A stretch of DNA of 56,351 nucleotides, filler included, from Sphacelaria rigidula (Eukaryota), in the NCBI GenBank assembly GCA_964200075.2. It is 6 parts of 6 records of this genome, joined end to end, with 100 filler letters (N's around TTAATTAATTAA, not from the genome) between each part and the next. Parts side by side here need not be neighbours in the genome. Positions count along the whole stretch, not along the records: positions 9,410 to 18,718 come from CAXNAA020008784.1; positions 18,819 to 28,127 come from CAXNAA020008785.1; 4 more parts are not named here. One strand, given 5' to 3'. Under the pieces are notes generated by a model. The model was not told the DNA's origin. It did not search any database and worked only from the letters and a program-made list of their open reading frames with translations. This document shows, piece after piece, positions 12,379 to 21,419 of this stretch. A program made the position numbers and the translations under genes. The stretch's first letter is position 1. Each line of letters starts with the position of its first letter.

Positions 12379-15300
12379 TCAGATCACTCGTTGGGTGAAG
12401 GATTGCAAAAATCCGTACTATTAATAGTACCAAAGCAAATATATATATGTATATATATATATATATCGCGTTTTATTTCGTTTCGAGAAAAAAAGGGTTT
12501 CTGTACGATCATCACTTTTCGATTGTGCACGTTATGGGCACATGGATTTTCTTAAATTTGTTTTTTACCCGTTGAGTGGTAGAGGTACGAAAAAAGACAG
12601 CAATGTATGGCGAACAACGCGCGCCGGTGATGCAATTATAGATGGCTACCCAACCACAACCATCACTCTTCGATCAAGGCTAGCATTTGCTGGAAAGGGG
12701 CCGCGTCTATAGTAGCGACCACGTACCATTGTAATGATCATGAAAAGCTAGTCACATTTCAGCTACATATCGAATGATGGATCACAGCAACCGAAGGCTC
12801 GTTCAAATATTTTGAGAGGGGTACGGACAAGAACGCATACATCGTGTAGCGGTTTGAGTCCCACGTTGTGCCCCTGTGCAGCCCAGCGACACGCACGGAG
12901 AGTTCCACCGTACCATACGCACTCATACACAGCTCCTTTCGAGCCGTCCCCGCTCAGCTACACACATCCAAGGGTTTTCCCAGCTGAAATCCATCCACTG
13001 CGTGGGAAGTATGGTGATCGAGGCTGGAGCCAACATGTTGCGCATATAAAATTGCCAGGCGAGCGCCCCCGTGGCTTCTTCGACAGCTCAAACAAGGCGT
13101 TGCCCACAACATGTTCGACTGCTGTAGCGGTGCACGATAATCGCCGCGGCTCTGATTGCTCTTGCGTGCGTGTCTATGAATGCCGATGGAGGGTGATGTG
13201 ATAATTTTCAGGCCGCTGCACATTTTGTATGCCATTTTCCACTTGCCTGGCATTCGTGCTCGTGCCCCCAGATGACGAAATCCATCCACTCCGGAATCAT
13301 GGACTCGTGTATGCAGTTCTTTCTGCCCCGCCCCAGGTCACGGTTCTGGGAAATGACATGAAACAAGAGCGAACCAACAAACAAGCAAACAAACAGAATC
13401 AAAACACGAAAAACCAAACAAGGAAGAACATAATCCCCCACCCCCTCCCCCATATTCGCATGACGGCCCTTCGCGCGTGGTGATTGAGAGCCTGGTCCCG
13501 CGAGAACTCGGCGTGCTCCGTCCCGGCTCTGAAGGAATACAAGATCAATGCTGTCATGACTACGGCATGGAAGATCACGTGTACACCCCCCCGCGCGCGC
13601 CCCCCCACATCCCCCGACATTGAGAGACAACACGACGCAAAAATGAAAACGCATCAGAGATGAGAGGGAGAGCAGGGAGACAGAACGAAATCAAGAAAAA
13701 AAAACGTGGTTAACCCTTTGAGCGCCGGACCTCGTTTCGGCACAATACTTCCGGCCGACAGCCCCGCGGAAGAAATGCTTTACACAGTTGTTGTAATCTT
13801 ACGTATGGAACACTATACTTGAGTTGTCTGGAACAGGGTGTGTACCTACATTACTGTAGATAACTGCATACAGTACAGTACAGTACAGTACAGTACAGTA
13901 CAGTACAGTACAGTACAGTATCGCAAAGTATAGTATAGTGCTCCATCACAATTGCTCCCCTTCAGTGTTAGTTGCACAGCGGTGCAAGCCCACGTTGGGG
14001 CAAATGTGATGTTGAGCGTCCGTTTTGGAACTTCTTTGCTCGATTTGGCATTTGGCGCGGGTTTGTCCATCTGGCCCCATACAAGAAAAAATAGCGAAAA
14101 AAAAGTACATACGTTCGATTATCTTGGTTTCATGGTAATGTACGTCCAAATTGCCCACTTCCTCCCAATCATACCCTCTCAACACGCGTACTATGGCATT
14201 GTTCAACGGCGTTTTTCAATGTGAGCTAAGCTGTCGCGATTCGGGTGTCCATCTACGGCCCGCTTGAGGGGTCCAACGGCAAAAGGGGCGATGAAAAATA
14301 GCGCAACAGTGATATGTATTTTTTTGTCATACTTTCTAAGGTTGTGTTCTGTAGGGTACGGGTATGTTCTGTACGGTATGGGATTCCTTACAAAACTTAC
14401 AGAAATATCGGGTACCGGTATGAAAGTCTTACAGAAATTACAGGGCTTGTCGGGTACGGTACGGGAGGCTTGCAGACAATCGTACCAGCAATCGGGTATT
14501 TCTTACAGGTCATACCCGCACTCTGGGTACGGGCATACACCATGTACAGAACTCACAGAGCTGTAGGGCAAGGGTAGGGAGGCGTACAAAAGTCACAGAA
14601 ACTGCCGAGCAGGGTATGGAGGCTGCACAGAAAACCGTACCCGCAACCGGGAATCTTATCAAGAGCATACCCGTGCCCCCGATAACGGGGCGGGAAGTTC
14701 GCAGAACACACATAATTATCGGGTAAGAGTATGAAAGTCTTGCAGACTTTACAGAACTGTCGGGTACCGGTATGAAAGAGTCGGGTACGGTAAATACCCG
14801 GGAAAATACCCCGGGTATACATAAAACCGTACCCTACAGAACAAAACCTTAATAAGATCCCAACCCCTTCCTTTCCGAGGGAATAAATACTCCGTGCCCT
14901 CGAAAGGGTCAACCGATGTCTCCCCCGGTAAACGCCTTTACTCATGACTATGGCATGCATGATCATGAGTACACCGGTAAACGCCTTTGCATTTTAGTCT
15001 CGTCGATTGGATCATGACCAACCCTTCCGCACCGCGTCGATTTTTGCCAAATTTAAAGTCAGACGAACCACCTTTTTATCCAACTCAAATCCTCATGCGT
15101 TTAACGATGGTGAAAATTATGCACTCTGAAGAAAAAGTCCGAACACATTTTGGCTGGACTCGAACCGGCGTGGTCCCACACCAGAGGTGCCAGGTGTATA
15201 CTATTACACCACCGGGGCGCGGAGTCCAGTGTAGAATGCTAGCTTGATTGATTGATTGGTTGGTTGATTGAAAGGGCAGGTCGAGTAGAGTATACTCAAT

Positions 15301-17208
15301 TGCGGGGTTTTTCAAAAGTCGTACTCAAAGTACACGAATTGGGGGGTAGGGTTTTAGGGATCGCTTTCCAGTTATTTTTTTTCGATGCGACTCCCAATAA
15401 CACTCCAGCCTAATAATTTGAGTACCTCAAGTGCGTTTTTCAGAATACCCCGCAATTGAGTATATACTCTACTCGACCTGCCCTTGATTAATTGATTGTC
15501 ACAATCCAACTGCCCCCCCAGGGGTCATGATCCAGCCGTGGTTACATGATAGATGTATCTAAGACAAAACAAACATGAAACACTCGCTGCAGAAAAAAAA
15601 TATATATAGAGAGTATTTGATTAACCCTTTTGGAAATCGCGAAAAACAGTACAGAATCAACCCCACATGCGATCTTTCGTCACCCGTGGAAGCGTCACTT
15701 TGAGTTCGTTGGGTGCACTAATATGTCACATCAGTATGCTTGAATTTAGAGTGGTGCACCGTTTCGGGTGGGCCGCATGATCAACCCTTGCAGATAAACA
15801 GCCATAATATCTTGCCCTGTAGAAAAACGTCACTTCTCAATCGTCATTTTGCCATCAACGGTTCCAAAAGGGGTAAAAACACCGGGGGCAGGGAGGGCAA
15901 CGTACATGGAAGATAGAGCGGTGAGAGTGCTAGTTTCTCGATGAGGTATAAAAAAAAGCAGTGTAGTTCACGACTTGGGAGGGTGATATGGTTGATTTTA
16001 AGTCCGACTTGATTCTAGTGCGGACACCGAAATCCGGATATTTCATGGGGATGTGCTCCAAGCGTGCTGCTCCTAGCGTGCGTAGAACGCGTTTTTGTCT
16101 AAATCGACGCCTTGGGCGGCGATTTGAGGTCTAGCAACGCACACTTCTCTTAAGGAACACTATGCATCCCCCTTGCCTGAGGGTTCTCGGTATGCCTTCG
16201 TTGGGGTCAGGGTCAGGGTAAGTGTAAGTGTTTGGAGCTTGTTCGAAATCATGAATTTCCGAGAACTTTTTCACCCTCCCAGGTGGTAAACCAAGCTAGA
16301 AAAAAAAATCAACGCTAACGCTGGTGCACCTGCAGTATGTACCAACGATGTTTGTAAATTAGCCACTGCAGGTAGTGTATGATCGCACAAGTCAGGACGA
16401 CATCAAAACATGAAATCGCGGGTGTCGGGTTGAAAGCCGTCGAGCTTATATTCCGACATCAACCGTTGTTCAGTATAATGCGTGTTTTTAAGGTCAAATG
16501 AACGTATAAGACGAGGGCCAGAACTGTCAACAGCGACCGGGACGATGGTTGGAGGGAGGGGTCAAACGGGGTCCAACGTATGTTCCAAGTCAATCGATGT
16601 TTCGTTATCGTGATCTACCGTGCGGGTCGCCCCGGTGGCTCAGTTGGTAACCTCAAAACTCTCTGACGGCTGGGTCGTGGGTTCAATTCTCGGAGCGATC
16701 TGGTATTTTTTCTCACACAATGCCCAACAGTGGAGACTACGTCGTGGGTACATAAATTCGACTTAACGGTCGACGAGGGAATGGGACCGCTGAACCCCTC
16801 TCGCGATGAAAAATAAAGGCGGGCACCGCAGAAGGAAGGTGGGGTACTAAAAACAAATAAAAAAAATAGCTCCTGTGTTGACCGTCCTGTGTGACCCTGG
16901 CTGATGCGCCCACATATACCGGAAGGTGTAGACCGGCACCCAGAATAGATGGGACAACACACACAACATACACCGTGATTCGTCTTCACGGTCGACGAGG
17001 GAAAGGGATCATTGAACCCCGCTTGCGATGAAAATAATAATAAATGGCAAGCACCGCAGAAGGAAGGCAAGGAACTTAAAAAAAAAAATCCTGTGTTGGC
17101 CTTCCTCCTGCGTGACCCCTTGCTGATACGCCCACATATACCGAAAAGTGTAGACTGGCGTTCAGAATAGATGGGATGACAACACACACCGCGGATATTG
17201 CACACCGT

Positions 17209-17264
<56 letters not shown>

Positions 17265-17684
17265 TCACACTTTGAACCCCTCCCCTTCCTCGGGATGAGT
17301 CCGTGGTCTCAAGGGATCAACCCATCTCTCCCCCGGTAATGTGTGTCCAATTTTGGTATATGTAGGCGCACTACTACTACTACTAAAAAAAATACAAAAT
17401 GACAATAAAAATAATGGCTATACTTTACGCAGTACGAGCCTTTTCCACCGCAACTGTTGACGTGACGTTACGTCAATCGTTGCAATAGGATGTACACCAC
17501 GCAGTACACTTTTCTGCATTGCAACTGCTGACCCCCTCATGTCAACGGTGTGGTATAATCGACGTCGAGAAATCACAAGTGTATACCGCGTAGCACGGGT
17601 CGCTCGCTCACTCACCTGGTGCAGTATGAAGATGTTGAAGAAGTCCTTTCCCCCGTCTTCTTCGGGTGGCTTGAGAAACTTCAC
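10348..17684 (-). CDS. MRE11: Double-strand break repair nuclease MRE11, internal part; exons 17684-17616, 13345-13247, 12137-11979, 10416-10348
   Basis: Four phase-0 exons splice to VKFLKPPEEDGGKDFFNIFILHQ-NRDLGRGRKNCIHESMIPEWMDFVIWGHEHECQ-IDPIESLVGTFRIAQPGSSVATSLCEGESVPKHVGILEIRLHDFRLMKQPLSQ-VRPFRMDDIVLGEVEGLDSTGAN. This contains the Mre11 motifs LHQNR, WGHEH, QPGSSVATSL and VRPF. Confidence 0.95.
11233..11447. repeat. Nested palindrome: gttacacgtcacaa subrepeat arms around a ~60-nt hairpin
   Basis: Left arm has tandem gttacacgtcacaa and right arm has tandem ttgtgacgtgtaac; inner hairpin gcctggctagtactacgg...ccgtagtactagccaggc at ~11336-11395. Confidence 0.75.
11455..11895. mobile_element. 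Foldback/MITE with ~170-bp inverted arms
   Basis: 'gcgtcttggacactctg...ccgaggtttcgacaacggcctccggacaaaatcacg' is mirrored by 'cgtgatttgtcctgaggccattgtcgaaacctcgg...aaagtgtccaagacgc'. Confidence 0.75.
13488..13612 (+). mobile_element. LINE 3'-end fragment with C-rich tail
   Basis: Matches 9235-9285; ends 'tcatgactacggcatggaagatcacgtgtacacccccc', similar to the reverse complement of 46871-46910. Confidence 0.55.
13869..13920. repeat. (CAGTA)n microsatellite
   Basis: About ten perfect CAGTA units. Confidence 0.95.
14337..14851. mobile_element. Non-autonomous TIR element (hAT-like) with internal cgggta/acagaa subrepeats
   Basis: TIR taaggttgtgttctgtagggtacgg / ccgtaccctacagaacaaaacctta; many internal 'cgggtaccggtatgaaag' and 'acagaa' motifs; no clean TSD. 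Confidence 0.8.
14925..14988 (+). mobile_element. 34-bp 5'-truncated LINE insertion (14940-14973) with 15-bp target-site duplication
   Basis: ccggtaaacgccttt at 14925-14939 and 14974-14988 flanks actcatgactatggcatgcatgatcatgagtaca, which matches LINE 3' termini at 46871-46910 (reverse complement) and 13553-13590. Confidence 0.7.
15150..15220 (-). mobile_element. tRNA-derived SINE head or tRNA pseudogene
   Basis: Minus strand gcgccccggtggtgtaatagtatacacc...gccggttcgagtccagcc has A-box-like and B-box (GGTTCGAGTCC) motifs, but the acceptor stem does not close. Confidence 0.6.
15272..15485. mobile_element. MITE inserted in the (TTGA)n tail of a retroelement
   Basis: TIR aagggcaggtcgagtagagtatactcaattgcgggg / ccccgcaattgagtatatactctactcgacctgccctt; TTGA repeats on both sides. 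Confidence 0.85.
15486..15600 (-). mobile_element. Retroelement 3' tail (copy of 1281-1420)
   Basis: 'caactgccccccaggggtcatgatccagccgtggttacatgatagatgtatctaagacaaaacaaacatgaaacactcgctg'. Confidence 0.6.
15621..15876. mobile_element. piggyBac-type MITE
   Basis: TTAA|CCCTTTTGGAA ... TTCCAAAAGGG|GTAA; right TTAA has one mismatch. Confidence 0.6.
16625..17192 (+). mobile_element. tRNA-derived SINE (~350 bp) with tandemly duplicated 3' body, followed by (TA)n
   Basis: A box tggctcagttggt, B box ggttcaattc, CA-rich tail; ~16765-16972 is repeated at ~16985-17192. Other copies at 37424 and 49209. Confidence 0.85.
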
Positions 17685-17894
17685 CTGCCAATTTTGTGTT
17701 TTTTGTTTCCCCACAACCGATAGATGGATGAGAGAGGAACACGAGTCCACACGCACGTCTTCAGTATTTGTTCACATCGTCTACTGTCTCACCACTGCCT
17801 TGTCACTGTTGCTGTGTGTGCATGTACTCCTGTCTCCCGATTGCGCTACATGCTCTCCGACTAAATAGGCTTAGGAAAACGTACAAAACTCAAG

Positions 17895-18021
17895 TTAACC
17901 CTTAGGGACCCCACTGACGATTCTTGTTTTTGTAAAATCGGCATCATTTTGACTTGAAAATGAGTGAAAATGATGCCGATTCACAAAAACAAAAATCGTC
18001 AGTGGGGTCCCTAAGGGTTAA
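17895..18021. mobile_element. piggyBac-type MITE, 119-bp near-perfect hairpin with TTAA TSD
   Basis: TTAA|CCCTTAGGGACCCCACTGACGATT ... AATCGTCAGTGGGGTCCCTAAGGG|TTAA. Confidence 0.9.
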
Positions 18022-18540
18022 ACGTATAGAAGACGCTCGCCAAAAAAGAAAGCGACGGTTAGAGTTAGGGTTAGGCTTTCTTGCCTGACTTGTGGGTTGC
18101 TATCCATGCAACCCTTTAGAAGGCACTAAACCAGTTGTCCATGTACATGTGTCTGTATATATATATTCAACATGCATTCCGCTAGAACGCGTGTACGCAG
18201 TACTGTAAAAAATGACCAATGTTATGCGTATTGGGTCCCAAGCCCCATAACTAGAATATATGTATATATATGTATATATGTATATATATATGTATATATA
18301 TATATATATATATTTCTCTCTCGTTGCCGTCAATAGCCAACGGGATAACGAATGAAGGCTGTCGAGAAAAAAAGCAAAACATATAACAATCTTCGCGCAA
18401 CATTGACGGTTCTAGAGGAGTGCTGCTCCAATGCTCCATGATCGAAGTTCAAGTCAGAGAGCTAGCTTGCTAGCTAGCTAGCTTCTGGGGGAGAGATGAC
18501 TCGATCCCTTGAAAGCACTACGGGCTCGTCCTGTGGAAGG

Positions 18541-18635
18541 GGGCGTGTACAGGGAGGGGGTAGGGAGCACACTTATTTTTTGCTCATCTTAGCCGTTCGA
18601 CCAATGACCACACATCCTTTTCCGAGATGGGCGCG
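18541..18635 (-). mobile_element. LINE 3'-end fragment
   Basis: 'cttagccgttcgaccaatgaccacacatccttttccgagatgggcgc' matches the family 3' end at ~21445-21495. Confidence 0.65.
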
Positions 18636-18718
18636 TACAGGTGGGAGGAGGGGGGGGGGGGGGGGCGGGCGCCTTTCTCTCCCTCGCTGTTACTACGGTC
18701 GCGTCCGCCGCACTCATC

Positions 18719-18818
18719 NNNNNNNNNNNNNNNNNNNNNNNNNNNNNNNNNNNNNNNNNNNNTTAATTAATTAANNNNNNNNNNNNNNNNNNNNNNNNNN
18801 NNNNNNNNNNNNNNNNNN
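18719..18818. other. Artificial contig linker
   Basis: 44N-TTAATTAATTAA-44N. Confidence 0.98.
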
Positions 18819-18900
18819 GATTGATGTTCGCGGATGATTTTGTGGGGGTTTCAGGAGCACCGGAAGGACTACAGACATAGATGGACAAGGTGCTATTAGT
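18819..18900 (+). mobile_element. LINE reverse-transcriptase fragment
   Basis: Translates LMFADDFVGVSGAPEGLQT*MDKVL; same FADD motif as the minus-strand LINE at ~22700-22735. Confidence 0.75.
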
Positions 18901-19149
18901 AGGAACGGATACATGGGAAGACATAACTCGGGCATTTTGGGGTCGATTTCAACAAACATTAGCTCGGATGAAGCGCAGGGTCCACGCGAACAATGGCCAG
19001 AAAAAATAAAAAATTGGGAAGTACACAAAAAGTCAAGGCCCATTCCGTGAAATGTTTCCCTGAAGTTTCCCGTTGGTTTCCCTCTGATCATGGATGAAGG
19101 GTTGAGATATGGCTTGTCACATCTACGGCGTGTTGACTTCAAATCCAAC

Positions 19150-20576
19150 CAACGATAGCTTGAGAACGTAGCCAACGCAACTTTTTTTTCGCATTGAGAT
19201 TTGGCTTGCGGGAACACATCGCCAGGCTCTGGCACCTCGACGCTGCGCGTCGTAGTCACCATAACGCCGCTGCTGTTCTTCTTGGCGCGTTCCACCTTGA
19301 TCGATGAGACCCCGTACTTTTGCAACAACTCCGTGTTGTATTTTTTGCTGTAGGGCGTGGATACCTTCACCTTCTTGTCAAACCCATGGTGGTAAGAGGC
19401 GTTGTCGAGGACCAGGGTCATTTTCGTGTTGCCGTATACCGTTTTCAAAGCAGGCGTGAGGCGCTTCTCAAGCCAATCCATGGACATTTTGTCCGTCACG
19501 GCGTCGTGATAACCACCCTTGCCATTTTTCGCCTGCCATAGGCACTCTGTCGTTGGTAGACTCCCCATCTCTTCAGCCCCTCCCCTCCCCCTGCCGTTCG
19601 CCTTGGGTGTGAAAGGACACTCCGGGATTGGGGAATGATCATTCCCGCGGGTTACCAACTGGCCGTGTTTGGTAATGGCATGGACCATGACCATCCTGTG
19701 ACCCTTGCTTGATGTCCGCCCCATCCCGTCCTGCACGACGCCTCCTTCGTCAGTGAAGAAGTACGAGTTGGCCGAGCCGTGCAACTGATAGACGACGCTT
19801 TCGTCCATGTAAACAAACACTGCTCGTTCGTCATCTTCCTGCGCGACGGCATCAGCCATCTCCACGAGAAAACGACGAAAACGTGCTTTCCGAGCCTCGT
19901 TCATGGGAGGGGTTTTGATCCTTCCACGCCGGCGCCTGTACCCAAGCCTGTACAGCAGGCCCCTCACCGCGCGGTTCGAAGTTTTCCTGCCATACTTGTC
20001 CTCGATCCACTCTCCAACTGTACACGTGAAGATTTGCCCCTGCTCATGCATGCTGGAGATGTAGCCGTTCAGTTCGACGCACTGCTCGTCGTCGAGCACC
20101 TTTTGCTTATCCCCCACATCTCGCATTGCACCTCGTCCGTCCCCCAATGTTGAGAGCAACTCTTTTCTCCCGAACCAATGTGCCCGAATCTGAAATTCGA
20201 GCAAAAACAGCAAAACAGTGCAACGAAGAGCTTCAGTCATGCTGTACTTGAATCAAAGTCGACCCTCTCTGCATGCCTCGCCTCTGTCCTCTCGATAGCT
20301 TTGACTCTCGCTTTGATATTTGCCTTTTTCTCAGCAAAGGCTGCCTTTGCCTCAGCAAACACTGCCTCTTGCGCAGCTTTCGCCTCAGCAAAGGCTCCCT
20401 CTTGCGCAAAAAGGTCTACCCTCTCCTCGGCAAGAGCTGCCTGTTGAGCAACAGCGGCTGCCTTGTCCGCAGGAATGATTTCCTCCTCTGTTGTACACGT
20501 ATGGTTTGTCTCTTCTCGTCATTTTTGGAGCAGTGCCAGGAGGCGCTGCTGTTTTCCTACCTCTCTTGCGGGGCAT
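19150..20576 (-). pseudogene. IS630-Tc1-mariner DDE transposase (Sailor/DD~80E-like), frameshifted and 3'-truncated
   Basis: Motifs: HTH-like AVRGLLYRLGYRRRRG, VYMDES (first D), SKGHRMVMVHAIT, GYHD...DWLEKRLTPAL, LVLDNASYHH (second D). N-terminus MPRKRGRK at 20576 and an Ala/Glu/Lys-rich segment lie in other frames. No LPPYxxxLNPIE-type motif is present. Candidate left end TA|TACGGGCGGTCA (minus strand) at 20894-20881. Confidence 0.8.
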
Positions 20577-21419
20577 AGCTGTGGGGCACGCTGTGATATG
20601 GAGACTCCCACTTCGGTTGAGCATATCTCGAGCGCATTTTTTCAATTTTGAAAAACGATTCCAAGCGCTCCGTCGGGCATAATTCAAGGTTTCCATCGAT
20701 AAGTCGTTTGCGTGTCAGGAAGTTCCGCTACAGCAGGTGGAACTTCGTCGCGCAATCCGAGACGTCCAAAATACCGGGGGAACCAGAAACAAACGTTGGA
20801 TGGGGCACGCACCCAATTGGGATGTTCGCCGTTTTGGTACAAGTATTCGTGCAGTACCATCCTAGTTGGATCCGGAAGTATGACCGCCCGTATATTTCAA
20901 GAGTATGTAGGAGATCCAAACCTTGGCAACCCTAATCCATACTTGCATGTGGTAGTTCTCATCTAAAGCACCGCGTTGAGTCCGATGGTTGCATCTTCAG
21001 TTGTGTCCAAACGCGTGAAAGTCCAGGAGGCGTACAGCTAGATAACCACGATCGCCACACGTTGCGTAAAACCCTCAGCGGAACGCCATGTAATTCGGCC
21101 CCAGCAAGGGCATACATACACCTCAGGAGCGCGGCCATGAGCTATCGGCAATAAGGCCTTTTACACGGCCACGAAATGCCTTCTCAGAACTTGAGGGACA
21201 GCGTAGGAGCTCTGATGCAAACTTTCAGAGGTGTATTCTATAGTGTACGACTGCTTTCAACAACGCCAACTGAGGACCATCCTCTGGACGCGATCTGGTT
21301 CCTTTCCCGAAATTTATCGATGCTAGGGCCTTCGAGGGCTGAAAAACAATGTCATGCGAGAAACATGAAGTACCTCACGAAGAAAATTGCCCAACAGAGC
21401 CCTGAATGGCACAGGGGGG

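Noticed and set aside
12195..12440. ~65-bp duplication (cagatcactcgttggg...gtaccaaagcaaat) around an N gap
   Set aside because: Near-identical copies flanking a gap next to poly-G; typical scaffolding artefact.
15150..15220. Possible functional tRNA gene (also the SINE heads at 16625, 37424, 49209)
   Set aside because: A/B boxes are present but the cloverleaf does not close; the latter three continue into a shared SINE body.
18771..19150. C-terminal ~125 aa of the 489-aa ORF as a transposase domain or fused RT
   Set aside because: Read-through into unrelated repeats, an antisense LINE fragment and the N linker; no catalytic Glu motif.
10348..20576. MRE11 adjacent to a transposase and RT as a possible repair/mobility system
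   Set aside because: They lie on different contigs separated by an artificial linker.
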